A stretch of 63,053 bases of DNA, taken from positions 1 to 63,053 of IMG/VR virus record IMGVR_UViG_3300037076_000066; one strand, given 5' to 3'. Each line of letters opens with the position of its first letter. The stretch's first letter is position 1. Below the pieces are notes generated by a model. The model was not told the DNA's origin, did no database searches, and saw only the letters and a list, made by a program, of their open reading frames with translations. Positions 29,601 through 38,194 of this stretch are shown piece by piece. The stretch is from a virus. Taxonomy: Duplodnaviria; Caudoviricetes. The position numbers and the translations under genes are program-made.

Positions 29601-29884
29601 GCGTCGTGATTGCCAGCAATTATAATCAGAGGTCGTATATCAGCGATATTTTTAATAAATTCCGAGGCCAATTGTAAACTTTCAGGAGAAATTTCGTTTT
29701 TTTGGTGCAACAAATCTCCTGCAAAAACAACTATTGTAGTTTCTGATGTATTTTTTATATCCGTATATAATACATCAAATACTTCCCGAAATTCTATATT
29801 GCGAACAGAATTTCTTATATGGGCATCGGCCAAATGTAATATATGTGTTACTTTTTCTATTTCTGTTTTTAATATTGTAATCAT
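26684..29884 (-). CDS. Fused Mre11/SbcD nuclease and Rad50/SbcC ATPase (gp47-gp46-like)
   Basis: DAH, GDLLH, GNHD, FHG, GDIH phosphoesterase motifs; Walker A KNASGKSS, coiled coil with CKFC hook, LCSGFE signature, FCDEG Walker B, VISH. Confidence 0.92.
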   Translation of the reverse strand: MITILKTEIEKVTHILHLADAHIRNSVRNIEFREVFDVLYTDIKNTSETTIVVFAGDLLHQKNEISPESLQLASEFIKNIADIRPLIIIAGNHDAVLSNKSRLDSITPIVNSLNHSNVYYLRESGLYGFSNILFNNMSVFDEPEKYTLGKDIPSVYKNKYERIIGVFHGAVDQSISDSGHVLENPKIMLPLFDNHHALLLGDIHFSQNLQEYDYQYDKPIVRYAGSCISQNHSEFNNPHGYSLWDLSDMSYTHHELKNDYGFYTIGVENGKLVTDISSLPKNVRLRVICKETIPSEVKTILATLKETHNIIESSFIRETADIDTTNKIVSDINLKNIFDVTYQNELIKKHLSEISPDISTLNLDNIMCINQNINKEVVASNNIGSSKYKLIRMEWENMFKYGSDNYINFENVTGVNGIFAKNASGKSSALNCLLFCLFDKTSTSSKGTHVLNNQKSSFKCKLELEIDDIRYFIERKGTMGRTGAVKVDVRFWKIVNGEEIELHGTERSDTNEVIRTYVGTFDDFILTSAYFQFGKNNLSFIDMGNSDRKDILVKFIGIDVFDKLCKIANDKKKEINTELKIYKGKDYQTELNQTENAVTHATTIHTDLTAEHTKLKSELSIINQKIQEESIKLIKLDSNIPTNITELTTNKLKLEERISQVTKGISDLNKKSTRYSKYIRMVETSIKKIEALDLIENHKKYKIITDKISAAKKKMDIKKVEVRGKLDKVDRLKTHKYDPNCKFCIDNDFVKDAVNCQEQLKQDKVIVKELMEKLEALELDFENIKWVDSKYELYTRLLNKRGALKDELQSLSTSILNYSNNQVKNKEILTNIDNNIAIYNRNLTAVENNNSVNAVLSRYKLEASTLEVNIQKINNKITEIYGKLEVFKSNIANLKNTIELVKNKEIELNNYEKYISAVGRDGIPYKIICNAIPTIEKGVNDILTQITEFTLKLENDGSDIIPYISYEDKKHPIELCSGFERFIMELAIRVSLIENSNISKSDYFFCDEGMAALDASNLSNMETLFSILKTKFSAIVVISHLSSIKDCAERVIEINQVNGFSQIQHI

Positions 29885-30834
29885 AATTTACTCAATTTAT
29901 ATCTCATCAAATTTTCCCATTCAAATGGGACGGAATCTTTAATTAGTTCGTGAACTTTTTTAAATCCTAATTTTGATGGATCTTTTCCATCTAATTTTAC
30001 TAGATGAACATTAATACCATATTTCCATAATAACTCACAATTCTTAACGGCATCGTCCAACGCATCATTATCCAATATCATATTAACTCTCTTTATTCCA
30101 TTAGAAATAAGTTTTTCCTGTAATTTTTTTTGTGGATATTTTCCAAATAAAGGAATAGCATTGTTACGAACAGCGAAGGCATCAAACACTCCCTCAACAC
30201 ATGAAACTTCCCCATATTCCCAATTTAACTGATTTTCAAACCCTATAATATCGTTTGATTCGTCTATTTTAGTATATCGATATCCGCTATCATCATTATA
30301 ATATTTTCTACCAATATAAAAATTTAATTTATTATCAATATCATATGACGGAATTATTACTTGTTGTTTTAATTTACCTTCCTCACAGTATCCAATGTTA
30401 TATCTCAGAATATCAATCATACCAACCCCACGGGTTTTTAAATAGTGAATAGCATTTCTATATTCTATATTATCGGTTGGAGTTGACAACGAAATAAATT
30501 CTTCTGGCAATTGAATATCCGATATAATATTTTTTCTTTTATAACTTCTTACTTTTTTTACTTCTCCTGAAAGTTCAAACATCTTATTTCTAAGGTATTG
30601 TGGGGCATTTAATTTTTTAAGGAGCGACCCAAAACTTTTACTTGATTTTTTACAACGCCAACAATTTGAAAATCCAATTCTCTCACCATCAATACATACT
30701 TCCATCTTTTTAAATCCATCATGACGATTACAGAATGGGCAATCATATAATAATTGAGTCATTCCCTTGCGAGATTTTCCACGTTGTTTAAACGCTTCAT
30801 CCAGAAGTGATATAATATCTGATTTTACTAACAT
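29881..30834 (-). CDS. DNA primase (Zn finger + TOPRIM)
   Basis: CPFC...CWRC, YLKTRG, IIPSYD, VEGVFDA, LDND, KDPS. Confidence 0.9.
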   Translation of the reverse strand: MLVKSDIISLLDEAFKQRGKSRKGMTQLLYDCPFCNRHDGFKKMEVCIDGERIGFSNCWRCKKSSKSFGSLLKKLNAPQYLRNKMFELSGEVKKVRSYKRKNIISDIQLPEEFISLSTPTDNIEYRNAIHYLKTRGVGMIDILRYNIGYCEEGKLKQQVIIPSYDIDNKLNFYIGRKYYNDDSGYRYTKIDESNDIIGFENQLNWEYGEVSCVEGVFDAFAVRNNAIPLFGKYPQKKLQEKLISNGIKRVNMILDNDALDDAVKNCELLWKYGINVHLVKLDGKDPSKLGFKKVHELIKDSVPFEWENLMRYKLSKL

Positions 30835-30842
30835 TTCTACGT

Positions 30843-30871
30843 ATAATATCGTAAAAATGAATGAATATCAA
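30843..30871 (-). promoter_or_regulatory. Sigma70-type promoter for primase
   Basis: TTGATA-17 nt-TATTAT, 8 nt before ATG. Confidence 0.55.
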
Positions 30872-30877
30872 CTTTTT

Positions 30878-31204
30878 TTAATATTTAGCAGGATTCTCGT
30901 TGTAATCGTCTAAAGTTTCTTGGAGTCTTGAAATTGCAATTTGAATAGACACTCGAAACCATTCTCCTTTTTGAATTATATCAGTAGCAAAATAGTGCAT
31001 CATTTCTTTAATTTTCTTTTCGGCAATTTTATATTTTGGATGAAACATTGAAAACTCTATTTTATAGCTTCTTAATGGATCAGCCGTTTGATATTGTGAT
31101 AACCTAGAATTTAAATCGTCAGTAATTCCAATTTTACAATACCCATTAAATTGTGGATTTGTAATGATATATAAATAACCGCCAGTATTATTTAACGTTT
31201 CCAT
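30878..31204 (-). CDS. GIY-YIG (T5orf172-like) domain protein
   Basis: GYLYII...CKIGIT...RLSQYQT...GEWF. Confidence 0.8.
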   Translation of the reverse strand: METLNNTGGYLYIITNPQFNGYCKIGITDDLNSRLSQYQTADPLRSYKIEFSMFHPKYKIAEKKIKEMMHYFATDIIQKGEWFRVSIQIAISRLQETLDDYNENPAKY

Positions 31205-31403
31205 ATCTTTTTATATAACGAGGATCGGCAAACATACAAGCATCACAAATATTAACTTCTCCCTCATTTCCGTAATTCCTCCAATAACCCTGATCTACTT
31301 GATAATATCCAGCCGTCATTATTATGCTTTTGAAGGAATCATCTAAAATTCCATCGACGGTTGAATGACATCTATCACAGATTATCGTTTTGGTTATTTT
31401 CAT
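31188..31403 (-). CDS. Small Zn-finger hypothetical protein
   Basis: CDRC...CDAC. Confidence 0.6.
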   Translation of the reverse strand: MKITKTIICDRCHSTVDGILDDSFKSIIMTAGYYQVDQGYWRNYGNEGEVNICDACMFADPRYIKRYGNVK

Positions 31404-31801
31404 ATTTTTATTTTATTGACAAGTCGGCATCCCAGATATTTATTATAGTAATTTTTATCGAAAATAGCATTAGAATTTACTATATGTTTGACCTCGGCAT
31501 AATTTAAAGTTAACTTAGAACTACACCATTCCAATATCTCGAATGTAAAATTCTCTTTACCAAGTTTTTTTATATCTTCTTGAAGTTCTATACAGGAACC
31601 ACAATATGTCATATAATCGCTTTGTTTAGTGCCTCTTCGTTTATTTTTATTCCCCTTGAGCGGCTTACGGGATGTTTTAAATAATATTAACTTACGCCCC
31701 AAATATTTCCTACCATCAATATTATTTGTTATTTTGTATATGAAACCAATCGAATTTTCAATAAATTCAACTTTACTAGTCCAATGTCCAAGTTCTATCA
31801 T
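31400..31801 (-). CDS. GIY-YIG endonuclease (Seg-like)
   Basis: GFIYKITN...KYLGRK...YCGS...FEILE...YYN; probable start MIELGHW. Confidence 0.8.
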   Translation of the reverse strand: MIELGHWTSKVEFIENSIGFIYKITNNIDGRKYLGRKLILFKTSRKPLKGNKNKRRGTKQSDYMTYCGSCIELQEDIKKLGKENFTFEILEWCSSKLTLNYAEVKHIVNSNAIFDKNYYNKYLGCRLVNKIKI

Positions 31802-31817
31802 AAATATAACTAGTAAA

Positions 31818-31839
31818 AATCCCACGATTAAGTGGGATT
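31818..31839 (-). terminator. Intrinsic terminator hairpin
   Basis: AATCCCAC-6 nt-GTGGGATT followed by a T run on the minus strand. Confidence 0.6.
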
Positions 31840-31856
31840 GATGATTTAAAATTATT

Positions 31857-32120
31857 TTATTTTTTGTATGGAGTTGTATCTATTCCTTTACCAAAATTAC
31901 TAATTTCAGTATAGGTTGATCCATCAACTCCTTTAAATTCTGACTGTCCCTGTATCGCATTAATTAAATACTCTGTTGAGGTTTCAAATAATTTAGATTT
32001 CATGGAGGGAGTTATGTTACTTTTTCCTGCTCTCTTAGCATCGAAGGCACCTCCTTCTCTTTGATTTAAGTATCGTTGTTCTAAATTTACAGTTTCGCTT
32101 GTTCGTGAAATTGGTGTCAT
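31857..32120 (-). CDS. Hypothetical protein
   Basis: 87 aa; ATGA overlap. Confidence 0.6.
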   Translation of the reverse strand: MTPISRTSETVNLEQRYLNQREGGAFDAKRAGKSNITPSMKSKLFETSTEYLINAIQGQSEFKGVDGSTYTEISNFGKGIDTTPYKK

Positions 32121-32851
32121 ATAATTTGTATTGGTTGGTTAGTTATAACATCATATAATTCATTTTTATATTCGTTATATCTTAAAAATAAGATTGGTTT
32201 AATTGCATTTATAATTCTATCTTCTCTCAATTTATCTTTTGTTTTATATCGTGGTGATTCGTGATATCTTTCATCATATTCAAATACGATATTTTTAGTC
32301 GTATCGTATCCGTCTAACGAATACCACGATACTTTCAATTCTCCACCGTTTAATGCGTGTTGTAAATTCAGCCCTAAACATTTATTCAGATTGTCTATAT
32401 AATCACATGCTTTGGGATTATAATTTGCCATTTTAATCCCGTTTAATGCTATTTGGTTCCATCTATGTTTTCTTAATTTTTCACGAGTAATCTCAGAGAT
32501 ATTTTTATTTCTTAATTTTTCACGAGTAACATCCGAGTGTTTATATCCCAAGGTTCGTTTATTTCCCATTAACTTTGCCGATAATTTCTTTCTAGTTTCT
32601 TCTGTTAAAATTCTTCCCTGCTGACCATCTGACATTTTCTGCAATGTTTCTTTGGATTTTGGCAATTTATTCCATGGGCAAGGATTGCCAAACATATGAT
32701 TTTTTTCTCCCTTTTGAAAACACGATTTACATATAGTAATTCCGTTAATCAGAGTATCTGCTCGAAGAGCAGAATATTTATTTGTATGAATTACCTCACG
32801 CCCACAACTACATGTTCGCTTCCAAGTCTTATGTCCGGTTTGAAATATCAT
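32117..32851 (-). CDS. Putative homing endonuclease (Zn ribbon, NUMOD3 repeats, PD-(D/E)xK/Vsr-like)
   Basis: RTCSC, GEKNHMFG, repeated ETRKKL/VTREKL, HALNGGE...LDGYD...FEYDE. Confidence 0.75.
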   Translation of the reverse strand: MIFQTGHKTWKRTCSCGREVIHTNKYSALRADTLINGITICKSCFQKGEKNHMFGNPCPWNKLPKSKETLQKMSDGQQGRILTEETRKKLSAKLMGNKRTLGYKHSDVTREKLRNKNISEITREKLRKHRWNQIALNGIKMANYNPKACDYIDNLNKCLGLNLQHALNGGELKVSWYSLDGYDTTKNIVFEYDERYHESPRYKTKDKLREDRIINAIKPILFLRYNEYKNELYDVITNQPIQII

Positions 32852-32906
32852 ACATATATAAATATAAAGAATTAATATTAAAAAGAGACTATTTTAGATA
32901 ATATTT

Positions 32907-33185
32907 TTACCCTCCCAAAATATCGGGTCTAGATGGCTCTAATGTTCCATTTTTATTGTATTTTCGGATAACATATCCCAAAACTTTGCCAGTTTCATCA
33001 TCTACATTTGTTGCTATTACCCATCCATGTTTTCTAAGAAATGGATTGAACATCATCTTAAACCAAATTCTATGATGAACTATTTCACCGGTCTGTTTAT
33101 CTCGTATAACATGTCCCAATAACCACTGTCTCAAAGTTTCTTTTTCGGGCTTATCTAATGGACTAGTGTTTGGCGGATTAGTCAT
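32907..33185 (-). CDS. Hypothetical protein
   Basis: 92 aa ORF in the tail operon. Confidence 0.6.
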   Translation of the reverse strand: MTNPPNTSPLDKPEKETLRQWLLGHVIRDKQTGEIVHHRIWFKMMFNPFLRKHGWVIATNVDDETGKVLGYVIRKYNKNGTLEPSRPDILGG

Positions 33186-33187
33186 AA

Positions 33188-35527
33188 TTAAAAATCCATC
33201 TTAATTAAGAAATTTACAGGTAAACTCCCATCCAATTTTATAGGATTTCCTAATTTTGCTACTGCTATTAATTCTAATCCGCTATATAATCCTATTGTAG
33301 TTGCCATTACGTTAAGATAACTACCTGTAGGGTCATTACTTACATTATTTTTATAATTAAAAAATTCAGGAGTTATATTCTGTGGTTTATTTCTTCCGCT
33401 TAATCCGTCCAGATAATCAATGGCTAAGTTAAGTGTTTTTCTCGTTGAATTGGGAGTTATATAGGTTGGATAATTCTTTTGATTTAGTCGATTACTAAAA
33501 TATTTCCAGACAATATTCATATCTCGGATATCTACTACGTTATCGCCATTTACATCTAAATCAGTCTGAATACTAATATCATCAACATCCCATATTGGAA
33601 TATAATTTAACACTTGTTGAGATACGTAGGCATCATTATAAGTTGAACTTGATTTATAATAATTTATCAAACTTATTTCATCGGTAGCCAGTGATATAGA
33701 CGAACTCCAATCAGTTGAAAATGGCAATCCCATTGCTTGTGTATTTTTATATTCCATATACCGCAATATAATATCGACATCTTCAAAATCAAACTGCCCA
33801 TCGGAATTTAAATCGAGAATATATTCTATTTGTTCTAGTGATGTTGGATTGGTGCTAACATTAAATTCGCCGGGCGAAATTGAACATATAACTTGTTTTT
33901 CATAGATGGTATGCTCTCCATTGAAATTTAGCGTGTAAGCAGTATTGTTATCCGCTAAAAATAAATCTTGGAAAACAGAACCAGATGTCATCAATACAAT
34001 TTTACCATTTCTATAAAATACATTCCCGATATGACATGATTCGTGTAGATTGTTTAGATTGTATATATATGCTTTTCCACATATATCGCCAAGGACAACG
34101 GTATCATCGTAAAGGACAACTCCAACAATTGAATTTGCTGCGACGTTAATGCTTTGTGGCGTTGATGATATTAATAGAGGTGCGCCAACAACCATAGAAT
34201 AATCGGCAATAGAAACATTATGCCCAAATTCTCGGTAAGGGCTAAAATAGTCTTTCTTCTTTTGGAAAATATTTTCAATGCCCCAACTACCACTTTCATT
34301 TGTAAATAGTGCAACTTGACCGTTCAGCGAATTTAATACGTCGGTATCTTGGTAAGATTGAGTCAAGGTAGTTTCAATATAATTTGATGTTATAGAATTT
34401 TGATTTATCCTTGGTATACCGGCAACTGCTTTTAAATCAAACATATCAACGGAATATCCAAGATTGTTACTCCTTAATATATTCTCGTTGCCATATGTTT
34501 TATATGCTAAATCAAATAACGATGAACTCGGAGCGCATCGCTCAAATATTGATACTGATCCCTGTTGATAGTTAGCCGACCCACTATATTCATATACTGT
34601 TCTATCTAAATATTCGCCAATAATAACGGAATCTCCATAAGTAGATACGGAACTACCAAAACTACTCGATAGATTTCTTACTAAGTTATATGGAGTATAA
34701 TTACCAAATGTTAATGGATATGTGTCATAATTAGGAGTAAACGTATATGTTTGCGACCATCTACTTCCGCTATATTCAAAGAAAAACGCTTTGCATTGTG
34801 CCGGATTTCCACACCCAACTACTAATCGTCCACTAGGAGTATTAGGATCTTTATTTAATTCTACACTATAGCCGAAATTAGCATTTGATATTACATTACT
34901 GGAACTTATTTCTTGATATAAATTCCAACTACCACTCGTATTATTATATATAAATACGGACCCCGAATTATTATTCTCGGCTGGACTTCCAATGGCCAGC
35001 CAATTATTATTGATAGATACCGATGATCCAAACGAACTACTTACAAATGAATTACTTATCCGGGAAGAACTTGAAATGGTCTGAATTAATGATGATGTTC
35101 CCAACTCAAAAATATATGCAGCCGAACCACTATACGATGATGTTAAATTGAATCTGGAATATTGTTGTAAAAAATAAGGACATCCGACAACTAGATTCGT
35201 GTTCATCAAGTCTAATGATGTCCCAAATAAATTCTGAGCTTCATGAGTCGTATTATTTGCATCAATAGATAGTTCAAATGATGTTTCTGTCGTTAATATG
35301 GAACTTGTCTCGGTGGCTAATACAATATCTATGGGGGTGTGTGGACGAGTTAACGTATACATTAATATATGCTCGTCCAATGATTTATTATGTCGATAAC
35401 AATCAACGGAACCTGTATGATATACATTTGCCGATGATGAAATAAAATCTGGATTAGAAATAGCAACCCAATCAGCATATGTTGTTGTTGCTATTCCATA
35501 ATTATTATTTGTTACGTTGATATACAT
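33188..35527 (-). CDS. Virion structural protein with FG-GAP-like propeller repeats and dockerin/EF-hand-like motifs
   Basis: Repeated FGxSV...xxGxP; DLNSDGQFDFED and DVNGDNVVDIRD; C-terminal EFNVSTNPT...TTIGLY...AVAKL shared with 38195..39280. Confidence 0.75.
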   Translation of the reverse strand: MYINVTNNNYGIATTTYADWVAISNPDFISSSANVYHTGSVDCYRHNKSLDEHILMYTLTRPHTPIDIVLATETSSILTTETSFELSIDANNTTHEAQNLFGTSLDLMNTNLVVGCPYFLQQYSRFNLTSSYSGSAAYIFELGTSSLIQTISSSSRISNSFVSSSFGSSVSINNNWLAIGSPAENNNSGSVFIYNNTSGSWNLYQEISSSNVISNANFGYSVELNKDPNTPSGRLVVGCGNPAQCKAFFFEYSGSRWSQTYTFTPNYDTYPLTFGNYTPYNLVRNLSSSFGSSVSTYGDSVIIGEYLDRTVYEYSGSANYQQGSVSIFERCAPSSSLFDLAYKTYGNENILRSNNLGYSVDMFDLKAVAGIPRINQNSITSNYIETTLTQSYQDTDVLNSLNGQVALFTNESGSWGIENIFQKKKDYFSPYREFGHNVSIADYSMVVGAPLLISSTPQSINVAANSIVGVVLYDDTVVLGDICGKAYIYNLNNLHESCHIGNVFYRNGKIVLMTSGSVFQDLFLADNNTAYTLNFNGEHTIYEKQVICSISPGEFNVSTNPTSLEQIEYILDLNSDGQFDFEDVDIILRYMEYKNTQAMGLPFSTDWSSSISLATDEISLINYYKSSSTYNDAYVSQQVLNYIPIWDVDDISIQTDLDVNGDNVVDIRDMNIVWKYFSNRLNQKNYPTYITPNSTRKTLNLAIDYLDGLSGRNKPQNITPEFFNYKNNVSNDPTGSYLNVMATTIGLYSGLELIAVAKLGNPIKLDGSLPVNFLIKMDF

Positions 35528-35530
35528 ATT

Positions 35531-36043
35531 TTATGAACAACCTTGAAATATTCCGGCATAATCTATTGTGGTGCTATATAATCCTGCACCGCCAACCGGG
35601 CACGTTGCACTGCCGGAGTTGCTAAACACTATAAGACTAGAACTTGCTATTCCATTCGTTATAGAGTCGTCGCCGAAATATACATAGGTATTTGCCGATA
35701 CACTCCCCGAATTTACAGAATTATTGTGGAAATCTAGGTAATCATTTGCCGTTGCTCTTCCATAATTTCTAGCGTAATCACTGAAACCTAAGTAATTATT
35801 TGCCGATGCACTTCCATAATTTATAGAGTTGTTTATGAACTGTGTATTATTATCTGAATGTGCGCTTCCATTATTTATAGAACTGGCACCGAAATACGTG
35901 TCAGTATTTGAATACGCACTTCCATTATTTGTAGAACTACCGTAGAATCCTGTAATGATGCTAGATGTTAAATTTGCTAGATTTACTCCGAAAATAGAAC
36001 TAGTTAAACTTCCTACAATAATGTAATTATATATAGTTGACAT
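35531..36043 (-). CDS. Repeat protein (~17 aa FxxxSxNxGSA repeats), probable beta-solenoid
   Basis: Visible tandem peptide repeats. Confidence 0.6.
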   Translation of the reverse strand: MSTIYNYIIVGSLTSSIFGVNLANLTSSIITGFYGSSTNNGSAYSNTDTYFGASSINNGSAHSDNNTQFINNSINYGSASANNYLGFSDYARNYGRATANDYLDFHNNSVNSGSVSANTYVYFGDDSITNGIASSSLIVFSNSGSATCPVGGAGLYSTTIDYAGIFQGCS

Positions 36044-36046
36044 ATT

Positions 36047-37066
36047 TTATGGATTTGCCGGGGTTGATATTGTTCCATCAATATATATCGGATGACCTGC
36101 TATTGGAAGTATATTTGCCGGTATAGTCCACGCAGAATCTATCCACCAGTTATTGATATTGTTAAAGTTTCCATCTCCCGTTGCATTGTTGTAGTAATAC
36201 GCCATTGGAGGAGCAGATGGAGTAGCAGTGGCTTGATTTGAGTTGGCGCTCTCATCCCCAGCGTTCAGAGCCGAAACGACGTAGTAATACGTCGTTCCGT
36301 TCGTCACGGTAGTATCTGTGAAACTGACATTGGTGGTCGTTCCAACCGTCGTGTAAGAACCACCAACCGTGGTTGACCGCTTGACGTGGTAACTTGTTGC
36401 GCCCGACGCTACCGTCCAAATCAGCCCGACTTGTCCATCTCCTGATGCGGCCTCCAAATTAATCGGGAGCGGCACATATGGTATAATATTTTCAAAATGT
36501 CTAACTTCTTGTATTCTATAAAAAATATTATTACCGGCCAACATATTACCAAAGCCATCATCATATACAACAACGGCATCATCCGTTGAAAAATTATTAA
36601 TCATTACACTATTAGGGAGAATAGTTTCTCCGAAGATTTTACGGGGCACATTTATCAATAAAAAATTATCATGTATATGTCGATTCGTCTTGGAAAGGCC
36701 AAAATCTATATTTTCCAGTCCAAATGTCTTCGCTGGATTGTGAGACGAATTATAAAATGTATTATATATCTGAGAATATACTAATCGAGTATATGTTCCA
36801 TCAGAATTTTGAGGTTCGGTTGATTCATCGAAGTGCCCACTTCCACTTGTTCCTACTTGAAAATCAATATTACCATCAAACTGTATCTGCTCTAACGCAA
36901 TATTACCGTCGTCCGTATAATTTCCGGTATATTCCCACACGATGGATGTTTCCGTATATCCGTCTAACAATATTAAATCACTATTAGCATTATTATTAAG
37001 AGTCCACTTTTTAGTAGTTTTTATGGGCGTCAGGATAATATTTCTAGGATTTATCGTTTTAAGCAT
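36047..37066 (-). CDS. Virion structural protein with fibronectin type III domain
   Basis: GATSYHVKRSTT...FTDTTVTNGTTYYYVVSALN...ESANS. Confidence 0.75.
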   Translation of the reverse strand: MLKTINPRNIILTPIKTTKKWTLNNNANSDLILLDGYTETSIVWEYTGNYTDDGNIALEQIQFDGNIDFQVGTSGSGHFDESTEPQNSDGTYTRLVYSQIYNTFYNSSHNPAKTFGLENIDFGLSKTNRHIHDNFLLINVPRKIFGETILPNSVMINNFSTDDAVVVYDDGFGNMLAGNNIFYRIQEVRHFENIIPYVPLPINLEAASGDGQVGLIWTVASGATSYHVKRSTTVGGSYTTVGTTTNVSFTDTTVTNGTTYYYVVSALNAGDESANSNQATATPSAPPMAYYYNNATGDGNFNNINNWWIDSAWTIPANILPIAGHPIYIDGTISTPANP

Positions 37067-37084
37067 AATCTATGAATATAACTA

Positions 37085-38128
37085 TTATCTAAGTAGAGAT
37101 TTAAGGATTATTGACAAGTCTTTTTTGATGTCAGATTCCCACAAACGAATTACTGTATAACCTCGTGCCGCCGCCATTTCATTTTTTAAATTGTCATTTA
37201 GCCTATTTTTTTCGATATGTTTACAATGTTTCTTAACGCCCGGTCCACCGTGCCAATAATCGCCATCAATCTCCAATATAATCGGCTTACCTTTGATTTT
37301 GAAATCATATATTTTACAATGAATAGTATCATTGATACAAAATCCCCAATAATATTCAATGTTGGCAGCATCTAATATTGACGAAACAAACGTTTCTAGC
37401 TTATTCATATGTTTGCATCCGAAATTTTTTGCTATGGTTTCGGGCGAATGATGCTTGCCAAACATTGGATTGTTTTTTCCGATATATCTTCCGCTTAATA
37501 TATGCTCTTTGGAGATTTTATCTTTTGTTTCTTGTGAGTGATGCTTTCCATAAAATGGATGATCCTTGGGATTTGACATTCTGATCTTTGCTTTGTTTCC
37601 GATTTTAATTTTAGTTTCTTCCGATTGAGGTTTTCCAAACATCGGGGATTTGAAACCAACCCATGTTTCTCTCAATTTGCCGTGACATTCCAGAGAGCAC
37701 GTTGGTTCGTTATATTTTTTGGAAAATCCTTTACATATTTTATTGCAGATTACACAATTAGCCCAACCATATTGTTTAAAATCATTTAAGTTTTCTGACA
37801 CATAATCAATAAATTTAATATTATGATTTTTTAATAGATGTTGAGAGATTTGCTTAGAATGAATTGAACTATTACAGCATTTACATGTAATATGCGTATT
37901 ATTGGTTTTATTGTGATTTTTAGAATAACAAGTTCCGCATTTAGATGACCGACCATTGAATAAGTTCCCACATTCCGAGCATAGTTTCCAATTTAAATGT
38001 TTAAAATCGGATATGTTGTTCTTGGTATAATCGTCTGGCAACTCTCCATGAATCTTTAATATGTGATTTCTAAACCACTTCATGTTGCCCGATTTATTAC
38101 AATATCTACAAGTTATAGTGTTGCTCAT
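37085..38128 (-). CDS. Putative homing endonuclease (Zn fingers, NUMOD3, Vsr/DUF559-like nuclease)
   Basis: GKHHSQETK repeats; YDF...LEIDGDYWHG...GYTVIRLWESD. Confidence 0.8.
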   Translation of the reverse strand: MSNTITCRYCNKSGNMKWFRNHILKIHGELPDDYTKNNISDFKHLNWKLCSECGNLFNGRSSKCGTCYSKNHNKTNNTHITCKCCNSSIHSKQISQHLLKNHNIKFIDYVSENLNDFKQYGWANCVICNKICKGFSKKYNEPTCSLECHGKLRETWVGFKSPMFGKPQSEETKIKIGNKAKIRMSNPKDHPFYGKHHSQETKDKISKEHILSGRYIGKNNPMFGKHHSPETIAKNFGCKHMNKLETFVSSILDAANIEYYWGFCINDTIHCKIYDFKIKGKPIILEIDGDYWHGGPGVKKHCKHIEKNRLNDNLKNEMAAARGYTVIRLWESDIKKDLSIILKSLLR

Positions 38129-38154
38129 ACAATATAACTATAAGTGAGGTTTAA

Positions 38155-38193
38155 TTAAACACTATCAAGTCGAAGTTTTATTAATGCCTCCGA
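38155..38193 (-). repeat. Diverged duplicate of the 3' end of gene 38195..39280
   Basis: Encodes SEALIKLRLDSV* versus the gene's SEALLKIRIDT*. Confidence 0.75.
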
Positions 38194-38194
38194 A

